DNA of 64,000 bases. It comes from Ferruginibacter sp. GTDB lineage: Bacteria > Bacteroidota > Bacteroidia > Chitinophagales > Chitinophagaceae. Every line of letters starts with the position of its first letter. The stretch's first letter is position 1. The translations under genes were made by a program, and so were the position numbers. Below are positions 56,297 to 64,000 of the stretch, one piece after another. Location: positions 115,819 to 179,818 of the forward strand of contig JBGAGM010000002.1 in assembly GCA_044226725.1 (NCBI GenBank), read 5' to 3'. Under the pieces are notes generated by a model, which searched no databases, had not been told where the DNA came from, and saw nothing but the letters and a program-made list of their open reading frames with translations.

Positions 56297-56824
56297 TTAC
56301 AATGCCATTGCTTTTGCGCCCATTACATCCGCTTCATGTTCCAGGCCTGCATCATCATTAACCGGTATCCCTTCTTTCATCTGCATGGTGGGTTGCACCC
56401 GGCCCTGCTTCTGTTGAGCCACGTGCCATGCTTCATGCGGTAAGTGCCGCTCCTGCCCCGGCGCCACATGTATGTCTGTTCCCTGTGCGTAAGCAAGTGC
56501 ATTTAATTGTGCCGGTTGCGATGAATTGTAATGTACTTTAACGTCATCCATGGAAAGCCCTGAGAGTGTTTCAACTCCCGTTTTTAAATTATCAGGCAAT
56601 CCTGTATTATTTGCTTTTCTTTGAACCGGAGTGAATTTACCCTGCAATGCCTTCTCTTCCTCAATACCTGCTTTTTGAATGGTATCAAATTTTGCCTGCT
56701 TAGGTTCTTCTTCTTCAACCAGCATTTGTACAGCCGGTAAACTTTTTGTAAAAGCAGTTTTATTTTCGGCAGCAGCAAAACTCACTTTTTCGCTCTTACC
56801 AGTAGTTGAAATATATGCCGACAT
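56297..56824 (-). CDS. Stand-alone DUF4157 protein (175 aa) with no toxin domain
   Basis: TPVQRKANNTGLPDNLKTGVETLSGLSMDDVKVHYNS...HEAWHVAQQKQGRVQPTMQMK is a close paralogue (about 80 percent identical by eye) of the DUF4157 module of cargo E. It ends about 30 aa after the domain. Confidence 0.75.
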   Translation of the reverse strand: MSAYISTTGKSEKVSFAAAENKTAFTKSLPAVQMLVEEEEPKQAKFDTIQKAGIEEEKALQGKFTPVQRKANNTGLPDNLKTGVETLSGLSMDDVKVHYNSSQPAQLNALAYAQGTDIHVAPGQERHLPHEAWHVAQQKQGRVQPTMQMKEGIPVNDDAGLEHEADVMGAKAMAL

Positions 56825-57048
56825 TGTTTATATTTTTATTTACAATATACAACAATTACTACGTAAAAAGAACTAATTTTTTGACATGCTAAAATCAGGC
56901 TTTCCGCCACTGTGTAAAACTCATTCCTTAACAGAATATGAAACACAGCATTTTTTTAGAACAGTATACGGATCAATGCATATCCAGAGGTTTTACAATG
57001 GAATGAGTCATAATCATTTCTTGCTTGGCCTTTTTGAATTATACTTTT

Positions 57049-57582
57049 CTAAAGAAAATAATCCTGGCTTATTATCTGGCCATTATCATCAGGATTTGTT
57101 GGTGCCATTTCAATTTGAAGACGAGCAATAATATCTTCAATCCATTTTTGCGTTACGGCAGGATCATCAGACACTTCGATACAGCCATTGATACAATTAA
57201 AAAAGTAATCTTCATCTACATCAAATACATCACTTCCAACAGATGGTTCTACACCACCACTTTCAAAATATTCAATAATATGCATTTTTTGAATAGTATA
57301 ATAATGCATGTATAATATAACATGAAATGCTTTCAGCAATGATGGATTTTCATGGAACAATAATTCCTGCTCCATTAGTTTGGGATTATGTGTCCAGTAA
57401 ATAGAAGAACAACCAGGCTCTCTTTTCTCCAGCCAGCTCCAGCCATCATTTATCAACTGGCTAATCAAAAGAGCTGTATTTGGGTAACCTTGAAATATTT
57501 TTTTTACTCTTGTCGTACAAGCTAGTAAAAATCCAATACGTGCAGTTTTAGTAATAGTTGTTGTATCAAATTCCTTTATCAT
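57049..57582 (-). CDS. Candidate immunity protein for the upstream deaminase toxin
   Basis: 177 aa, with no signal peptide. Its ATG overlaps the toxin stop by 4 nt (ATGA at 57579..57582). The family was not recognised. Confidence 0.5.
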   Translation of the reverse strand: MIKEFDTTTITKTARIGFLLACTTRVKKIFQGYPNTALLISQLINDGWSWLEKREPGCSSIYWTHNPKLMEQELLFHENPSLLKAFHVILYMHYYTIQKMHIIEYFESGGVEPSVGSDVFDVDEDYFFNCINGCIEVSDDPAVTQKWIEDIIARLQIEMAPTNPDDNGQIISQDYFL

Positions 57583-60500
57583 GGTGTAGCTCTATTTACA
57601 ATTTTTCCACCTTTAACGAATAATACTTCCGGTGTTCTGTTATTGGTTACAATGAGTGTAATATTAGGATATTCCTGGCTAAATTGCTTCACAACTCCTG
57701 CATCAACTTCGGGATTGGTAAGTCCTTGCCGGCATGCACTACACACTTCCTGCTCTACTAATACATAAACATTACCCTTTGCATCAGTTTTAGACGTAAA
57801 GGTTGCATCCAGTTTATCAGCAAGATCGCCAAGTACATTTTGTTCTGCATGATTTTTTGTGCCCCCAAATTTTTGGGGAGATTGGTAACGGGGGTTATTT
57901 CTGACAGTAGCCGCACTGGCACCTTTAGACTTAGTAGAACCTTCAGTAATGATTTCTTCTGCAAAACCTTCTATTTTAGGTTTAGCAGCAGCGCTTGTGC
58001 CGCCTTTAACGCCTTCAGATGTTACTGTGCGGCCTATACCCGTCGATTTTCTAAAATCATTAATCGATTTTTGAAGCTGCGGCGTTACCTCTTCGAGTGT
58101 TTTTGTTGTGGCCTTAGCCTCTTCAAAAGCCTGCTTTAATATAGTAAGCTCTTCCGGCGTAAGATTAGCTGCATCCTCAATCACTTTTAAACCTTTTAAC
58201 TCTAGCAACCATTGTTCAAATCTTATTATACCGCGGCGCACTGCAAAATAAGCCATAGCAGAGTATGTGGGTATCAGATCTATCCCTATTGACATCCTTG
58301 CTCCGGGATTGAGCACTGCCATTACAGATTTATACTGTGCCTCTAATTTTGCAGCCTTTACAACATTTGCTTTTGTTACTGCATCAATTTCCTTTATTTG
58401 CGATACACTCTTTTCAAAAGTTACAATATCGCCGGTTTCATTTAAAATTTTTGCTGCAGGTGCCAAAGCTTTAACCGCAGCTACAGCAGCTCCAAGGTCC
58501 AGCCCTGCCCCTATAACAGCCACTACCACCCAACCTATACTTGGATCATCGGATAGCAAACCGGAACCATAAGCCGCATGTTTGGTTTCATATTCTTTAA
58601 ATTCCTGGATGGCCTGGAATGCACTGATACCAAAAGCCCCAACAGCTCCTATCACTGCTATGGTACCACCACCAAAGGTTAACAAGCCTAGAGCTACTGC
58701 AAATACTGCCACCAATATTTTTATAATAGCTTCATCTCTGCTGATCTGCCTTCGCCGGTCAGTAATGATCTGATCATGAATACCTCCGGGTTCAATTTGC
58801 TGCTGCTCATAGGCAGCTTTCAACAGATCATCAAGCTTAAAGATCAGCATAGGGTCATCAGCAAGGTCTTCCCGGGTAGTAGCAATATCTTCTCTGCGAT
58901 CGGCTATGTAAGAAAGCATTATTGACTTGATTTCATCCTGCTCAGCAAAAGCAAGTTCTCGCTTGTCAAAATCTTTATTTTTCATCAATGGGCTTGCAGA
59001 AGCAATACCCGACACATCACTTTCTGCTGATCTTTCGAGCGAATTAGCTTCAGTGCGAAGCTTGGCTTTCAGTTCTATGTCGCCCGGGGCATATTTGCCG
59101 GGGTCAGCCGGCATGATCATAGTAGCCGTACTCCGGTTACTGTCCGCCTCGTTATACTTCTCTTTTGCCTTAGTTTGGCTAAGTTGTGAATAGATTTGAC
59201 TTATATAGGCAGGATCATTGAACTTTTGTTCTTCTTCGTACAATACATGTTCGTACTTTGACAAAAGATCGTTAGCGATATGCACTGTTTCCGTTACAAA
59301 TGAACTTTCAAATTCAGCTATCAGCTTTTCGAATTCTCCAATACTGTTGATTTTATATTGCTGCAGGCTTGCAGTCAGGTCAAGCTCTGCCTGACTGAAT
59401 TTATCAAGCGTGCTTTTAGAGGCAGGAGTATATTTCATTCTCGGACCATCACCGGTACGTTCCCAGCCGGTAGTGCCATGCGAACTTATTTCAAGAGCTT
59501 TGTACTCCTTATATTTTACATAAATTTCATCAAGACCATATAATTGTGCACGTACTGTTTCAAGTTTTTCCTGTTCAATTTTACGTTGTTTCAGTTCTGA
59601 AATATATTGATCTATTGATGCTTCAAATTCATCAAAATTTGTTGTAGAAGCATTTATCTTGCTCTTATAGTCAGCAAGTTCTGCATTACTAAGGCTCATT
59701 AATTTTTGAATGATGCCTGCTACCTGTTCATAATTATCAGGAGTAATAGGATTAGGCCCTTTGAATAATTCCTTAATAGCAGGGGGCATATTTTCAATAA
59801 GTCTTTTCTCTGCCATTACCTTATCACGCAGGCTGTTCCATATGGCAATATTCCCCGTTTCATTTTTCGACTTGATCTTCTGATCAGAAGGTATGCCAGT
59901 ACTTTGATAATAGCGCCGGTCTATTTCTGCATTAATTCCTGTTCTCAATTCACCGGAAGTGGCGGCGTATTCTGCAGCACTTTGCTTTTTCTCTTTTTCA
60001 CCTGGTCCTTCACCATAATTATTAAGGTCGCTAACCGGAACAATGTAATTAATTGTTTTACCCGCTTTACTCTTGACGTCCAGGCCAAGCTGTCTCCATT
60101 TTTTATTGACAACTCTACCGAATATTTGTATTTCTGCATAGCGATCAAGTTCCTGTTCAGAGTTCAATCCGGGCGGAATAGTAATTGGCCGTTTTACAGT
60201 AGCAACTTGTGGATCACCTCCCTCTGCTTTTTGTATTAAATTTTGCTGAAAAGATGCCCCTTGCTGCACTACATGTGTTAGCTCGTGTGCCAGTAGTTTT
60301 TTCCCGCTTTCTGTATTAGGCCGGTATTGCCCTGTACCAAAAGCGATGTGGTGCTGGTGTGTATAAGCCAATGCATTGATATCCTTTGCTGATTGATGTG
60401 CAAGTGAGTCGTTATGTATCTGTACTTTGCCAAAATCAAATCCAAACCTGTTTTCCATGAATGAACGGGTTTGCTTGTCTAATGGCTGCCCCTGCGATTG

Positions 60501-61070
60501 TATTACCTGCTGTACATTGGCAGAGACAGCGGGGGCTTTATTATCCGATTCCTTTCTTTGTAATTGCTTTTCTTCTTCCTCTTCACATGCTGCACATTTA
60601 CGCTGAATATTTTTTATTAACCCGGTTTCAACATCTTCAGCCTCCTCTTCACGTTCTTCTTCTTTTCCGCAGCCGGCACACTTGCGTTGAATTTTTACCG
60701 GAGAAGGGCTGGCTTTAACCGGTCCACTCTCAGGCATACGCATAATTTTATCAGCAACTGCATCTGCCTCCTGTTCATATTCATCTGCGGGCGTATTGAT
60801 TGATAATTTTGGCTGAATACCTGCAGGAATCTTTTGGCATACCGAAATGTTTGCGAAATGATGTGCAGGTTTTACAGTATTCATATCTTTTTTTACAGAA
60901 CCAGTAAGGCTGGCTTTTCCTGTAAAGCCGCCTGCAACGCTTTTGCCGCTTATGAGTGCATGTTGCATATCATTACCTGCTTCTTCAATTTTACGGGAAG
61001 AAACGTTTTCAGATAATTGCAAAGACTCTTCTGAAGTATTTGTTCTTACTTCAGCTAATGCACCATTCAT
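57579..61070 (-). CDS. 1163-aa polymorphic toxin: DUF4157, long helical region, hydrophobic helices and a C-terminal deaminase-like domain
   Basis: DUF4157 preamble (QPKLSINTPADEYEQEADAVADKIMRM; QRKCAGCG/QRKCAACEEEEE) and core (RFGFDFGKVQIHND...AHELTHVVQQG). Two hydrophobic stretches occur (ILVAVFAVALGLLTFGGGTIAVIGAVGAFGISAF and GWVVVAVIGAGLDLGAAVAAV). The C-terminus carries NHAEQNVL (57843..57851) and VCSAC (57732..57743), the H-A-E...C-x-x-C zinc site of the cytidine-deaminase fold. Confidence 0.7.
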   Translation of the reverse strand: MNGALAEVRTNTSEESLQLSENVSSRKIEEAGNDMQHALISGKSVAGGFTGKASLTGSVKKDMNTVKPAHHFANISVCQKIPAGIQPKLSINTPADEYEQEADAVADKIMRMPESGPVKASPSPVKIQRKCAGCGKEEEREEEAEDVETGLIKNIQRKCAACEEEEEKQLQRKESDNKAPAVSANVQQVIQSQGQPLDKQTRSFMENRFGFDFGKVQIHNDSLAHQSAKDINALAYTHQHHIAFGTGQYRPNTESGKKLLAHELTHVVQQGASFQQNLIQKAEGGDPQVATVKRPITIPPGLNSEQELDRYAEIQIFGRVVNKKWRQLGLDVKSKAGKTINYIVPVSDLNNYGEGPGEKEKKQSAAEYAATSGELRTGINAEIDRRYYQSTGIPSDQKIKSKNETGNIAIWNSLRDKVMAEKRLIENMPPAIKELFKGPNPITPDNYEQVAGIIQKLMSLSNAELADYKSKINASTTNFDEFEASIDQYISELKQRKIEQEKLETVRAQLYGLDEIYVKYKEYKALEISSHGTTGWERTGDGPRMKYTPASKSTLDKFSQAELDLTASLQQYKINSIGEFEKLIAEFESSFVTETVHIANDLLSKYEHVLYEEEQKFNDPAYISQIYSQLSQTKAKEKYNEADSNRSTATMIMPADPGKYAPGDIELKAKLRTEANSLERSAESDVSGIASASPLMKNKDFDKRELAFAEQDEIKSIMLSYIADRREDIATTREDLADDPMLIFKLDDLLKAAYEQQQIEPGGIHDQIITDRRRQISRDEAIIKILVAVFAVALGLLTFGGGTIAVIGAVGAFGISAFQAIQEFKEYETKHAAYGSGLLSDDPSIGWVVVAVIGAGLDLGAAVAAVKALAPAAKILNETGDIVTFEKSVSQIKEIDAVTKANVVKAAKLEAQYKSVMAVLNPGARMSIGIDLIPTYSAMAYFAVRRGIIRFEQWLLELKGLKVIEDAANLTPEELTILKQAFEEAKATTKTLEEVTPQLQKSINDFRKSTGIGRTVTSEGVKGGTSAAAKPKIEGFAEEIITEGSTKSKGASAATVRNNPRYQSPQKFGGTKNHAEQNVLGDLADKLDATFTSKTDAKGNVYVLVEQEVCSACRQGLTNPEVDAGVVKQFSQEYPNITLIVTNNRTPEVLFVKGGKIVNRATP

Positions 61071-61108
61071 AAATAATATTCAGGAAATCGAAATTAAAAG
61101 AGAAGTGT

Positions 61109-63076
61109 TTAGCCCGGAGAAAATTCTTTTCCTGCACCTGAAGCTGTTTTTGCATCATCTCTTCTCTTAATCACTTCATCTTTATAGGCTTCAGCTCTTG
61201 CTGTATCACCATTATAGGCCTTAATAGCTTCGGCCCAGTTACTCGTTCCTTTTCTTTTTTCGTACAACCACCTAACACCCGTTCGTATCCAGAAATCGTA
61301 ATCCAGGTTGCGGGGATTGGAAGTTTCAGCAAAAAATTCTTTAACAGCAGCTATCCATCTTGGGTCTGTAAAATAATAGTCATTCCATCGGTATTTATCA
61401 GTAACGCTATTATAACCTGAACGCCTGTTTAATTCATCCAATTCAGCTTGCTCAACAGTAGTAATAGTACTTCCTTTTGCTTTGAGTTCTTTACTGCGGG
61501 CCTGGGCAGCCCACATATCTTTGGTTACATCGTCCAGTTTATATTTTGTGTCAATAGCCGGACTTATTTCTTTTATCATAAGAATTTGCTGCGGTCCGCA
61601 GCTATCAACTGCCTGCGGAATATTGAACCTTGTCATAACATCGTAACTATGATAGGGCGGCTGATGTAAATACCTGCCAGATGTGCCCATCTGCGATTCC
61701 TGGAATAACATGGATTTTACAATGTTCGGGTCCAGGGTTGACCAACCATTTGGCTTTCCAATGAGTGTCTCATAATGTTTCACCCATTTTACCACACTTG
61801 CGTCAAAGGTATTGTACATGGTTTCCTGTATAATCTTTTGATTAACCAGTACACTTTGAGGTGTGAGTGGTACCCAAACACCTGACCCTGACTTTGTCTC
61901 CCGCTTTAGTCTTTGTGGCAAAGTTAAAGCAGTGTAACCTCCGCCGCCGTTTAATTTATATTCCAGGTCGGCTAGCTCTGTTTTTTTCACATCCATTTGC
62001 CTCTGCCATTCGGCCTGGCCTTTGGCTGTTGTATATTTTGATTGTTCTGCACTCCAATCTGCTATAACCTTTTGCTGAGCTTTTATTTTTGTTTCAATGC
62101 CCCAGTATTTTGTTTCTGCTGCTGCAACACCTGCTGTATATTGATATAGGCCGGAAGCTTTATCTCTTATTGGTGTTAACCAATCTTTTTTTACAGTAAA
62201 AGTTACTTTGGTCATAGCAGGCTTCTCAATAGCCTCAACTGTTACCCGTTCATTTGTATTATCCCAGATTTTTACTGTAACCGTATCGCCTTTAGGATAA
62301 GTTTTTCCCTTAAAATTTATATCGATAGATAATAAAAAAATCTTGCCAATCATCTCCTGAGATGCATCTTCAGGAGCAAAACGCTGAATTAAGTTTTTGT
62401 TGTTCCCTTGCTGTATGGTATGAACCAGTTCATGTGCCAGCAAGTATTTTCCAGTTGATGCAAATGGATCATATTCTCCCTGGTTAAAGTAAATATCCCT
62501 GCCAAAAGTAAAAGCTCTCGCATTTATTTTCCGGTTCAGATTTACAGCCTCGCCATCCGTATGAATCCTAATATCACTAAAATCTGTACCGAATCTGTTT
62601 GACATAAAGGATTCAGTAACTATATCCATTCGATTTCCAGATCCCTGTGAAGCCGTGATTTTATCCTCGAGTACTGAATCAATCATTGTTCCGCCCGCAT
62701 CGGCTTTTGTTTGCATTACTGCGCCAATATCTGTTGAAAGCGGTTGTAATGCTTCTTGCTTTTTTAACTTTTGCTCTTTACTTCCAGGTTTATTTTGCGA
62801 GGCAGTTTCTCCTGATAGCTGCATCACAGTATTTGCAATTGCATCTGCCTCTTGTTCATATTTATCACCGGGAGCATTAACTGATAGTTTTGGCTGTATC
62901 ATCGTATTAGATGAAAAGAGCGATATATTACCATAGCTGTGAAGGGTTTGTGAAGCAGGGGGACTGCTTACAGTTTTTTTAGATAACCAACCTTCCACGA
63001 ATGAATCATTCAAACCATTATCATTCTTTTTTATAAGACCGTCAGCCGGTCGCTTTTTTTGTGAATGAGCTATCAA
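61109..63076 (-). CDS. 655-aa DUF4157 protein with a possibly lysozyme/lytic-transglycosylase-like C-terminal domain
   Basis: DUF4157 is supported by IQPKLSVNAPGDKYEQEADAIANTVMQL and RFGTDFSDIRIHTD...AHELVHTIQQG. The C-terminal segment LDPNIVKSMLFQESQMGTSG resembles the catalytic-Glu block of SLT-type transglycosylases, but this is a weak match. Confidence 0.6.
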   Translation of the reverse strand: MIAHSQKKRPADGLIKKNDNGLNDSFVEGWLSKKTVSSPPASQTLHSYGNISLFSSNTMIQPKLSVNAPGDKYEQEADAIANTVMQLSGETASQNKPGSKEQKLKKQEALQPLSTDIGAVMQTKADAGGTMIDSVLEDKITASQGSGNRMDIVTESFMSNRFGTDFSDIRIHTDGEAVNLNRKINARAFTFGRDIYFNQGEYDPFASTGKYLLAHELVHTIQQGNNKNLIQRFAPEDASQEMIGKIFLLSIDINFKGKTYPKGDTVTVKIWDNTNERVTVEAIEKPAMTKVTFTVKKDWLTPIRDKASGLYQYTAGVAAAETKYWGIETKIKAQQKVIADWSAEQSKYTTAKGQAEWQRQMDVKKTELADLEYKLNGGGGYTALTLPQRLKRETKSGSGVWVPLTPQSVLVNQKIIQETMYNTFDASVVKWVKHYETLIGKPNGWSTLDPNIVKSMLFQESQMGTSGRYLHQPPYHSYDVMTRFNIPQAVDSCGPQQILMIKEISPAIDTKYKLDDVTKDMWAAQARSKELKAKGSTITTVEQAELDELNRRSGYNSVTDKYRWNDYYFTDPRWIAAVKEFFAETSNPRNLDYDFWIRTGVRWLYEKRKGTSNWAEAIKAYNGDTARAEAYKDEVIKRRDDAKTASGAGKEFSPG

Positions 63077-63091
63077 AGGCTGATTTTTTAT

Positions 63092-63886
63092 TTAAGCAGA
63101 ACTTGCTGCAGTTTGAACTTTAGCTTTCTCAAATGGAATTACTTTCCAGTTGTTCCAGCTGTTAAAAACTGCCGTCTGATCATGGCAGCTATTTCTGAAA
63201 CGGCCATAAATAGTTTCCGCCACCGGCATGGGAAGCGGTTTAGCCCAATTTGCCGGTCTTTCAATCAATATCATGGGCACTTCCTGTTTTTGTGCAGCTA
63301 TTGCAAGCCAGATATCGCCCATGTTGGGTTTTTCACAATCCTCATATTTAAAATCGATAGCAGAACAATGCCATGCAGTTAAAGCAGTATGCAAAATGTG
63401 TACAGGCCTGTCCTGCGTATTATTTGTACTGATATGCCAGCTTGCCTTACGATCAGTATAAAACTGGTTTACCTGCTCTTTCATGGTGTATCCTCCGCAG
63501 CCCGCTATAACAAGCCGGTTATGCAGCTCGATTTTTTCAACCATTTTCCATGTGTAATCCGGCGGGTACAACATATCATCATCCAGTGTGAAATAATAAT
63601 AGTCTTTGTCGCTTATTTTGTTCAAGCCAAAAAATTTCCCGGCATCTCCCATGTCAGAATTTTCGGCACTGCTTAAAAAAGGAGTAATTTTCTCATGCCC
63701 ACTGATCCAATCAGGAACTTTACTGTAGCCATTCAGGTAGAGGTACAAATGATCCATATATGGCTCAATGCTGCTGATCGTTTTTTTTAATTGATTTTCC
63801 CGGCCGGGCACCGTTGCCATACCTGCATAAATAAGCGGCAGTTCCCCGGATTCTATTGGTTCTTTTTTTCTGATACCAGGATTCAT
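63092..63886 (-). CDS. Glycosyltransferase-like protein (DxD motif); may extend beyond the window end
   Basis: FTLDDDMLYPPDY (DxD) and GDAGKFF blocks are present. The reading frame stays open from 63886 up to 64000 (PEFSSGVGQQLSLRLHTKGFHLYQVTEKLAEHIGDVSI-MNPG), so the true start may lie outside the window. Confidence 0.4.
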   Translation of the reverse strand: MNPGIRKKEPIESGELPLIYAGMATVPGRENQLKKTISSIEPYMDHLYLYLNGYSKVPDWISGHEKITPFLSSAENSDMGDAGKFFGLNKISDKDYYYFTLDDDMLYPPDYTWKMVEKIELHNRLVIAGCGGYTMKEQVNQFYTDRKASWHISTNNTQDRPVHILHTALTAWHCSAIDFKYEDCEKPNMGDIWLAIAAQKQEVPMILIERPANWAKPLPMPVAETIYGRFRNSCHDQTAVFNSWNNWKVIPFEKAKVQTAASSA

Positions 63887-64000
63887 TATCGAAACATCCC
63901 CAATATGCTCTGCCAGCTTTTCCGTTACCTGGTAAAGATGAAAACCCTTAGTATGAAGCCTTAATGATAGCTGCTGGCCAACACCACTGGAAAATTCCGG

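Noticed and set aside
56886-57315. Plus-strand ORFs of 81 and 96 aa between and over the DUF4157 and immunity genes
   Set aside because: They overlap the better-supported minus-strand immunity ORF and have low-complexity, Ile/Phe/Asn-rich translations typical of AT-rich antisense frames.

Overview
The window looks like Bacteroidota chromosome (probably Chitinophagia/Sphingobacteriia-like), based on several T9SS C-terminal sorting domains and gene content. All calls come from reading the supplied translations and the DNA by eye; no database search was run.

**1..25216: ordinary core and surface genes.** These include a ddl fragment, ferredoxin, LuxC-like reductase, HtrA, a GH13 amylase, ispH, cmk, clpC, a STAS protein, rnz, an esterase and dapA. 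A block of three secreted SdrD-B-repeat surface proteins includes a roughly 2160-aa adhesin with internal duplications.

**25217 to the window end: one accessory island built around an extracellular contractile injection system (eCIS, Afp/PVC-like).** The structural operon lies on the minus strand at 31726..52955. In transcription order it encodes:
- a DUF4255 cap and a 336-aa unknown protein
- sheath, two tube proteins and a 57-aa DUF5908-like gene that the ORF track missed
- a LysM tube-initiator, VgrG spike, PAAR and gp25
- a giant gp6/J-like protein and 267-, 954- and 1404-aa unknown proteins
- an AAA+ ATPase

**Two candidate cargo arsenals flank the operon.**
- Five tandem plus-strand genes (25412..31676) have unrelated C-terminal domains: His-Me nuclease-like, transglutaminase-like Cys-His-Asp, HExxH, one unknown, and one DUF4157-containing. 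They share an N-terminal leader and a recurring (P)VVQR junction motif.
- A minus-strand operon (56297..63886 and beyond) encodes three DUF4157 proteins. One is a 1163-aa toxin with hydrophobic helices and a C-terminal HAE...CxxC deaminase domain, translationally coupled to a 177-aa candidate immunity gene.

**Other oddities.**
- Two 34-codon mini-ORFs upstream of the sheath gene copy its leader and its N-terminal arm.
- A catalytically dead GH18-like membrane protein is transcribed divergently from the operon.

No rRNA, tRNA, CRISPR array, transposase or integrase was recognised.
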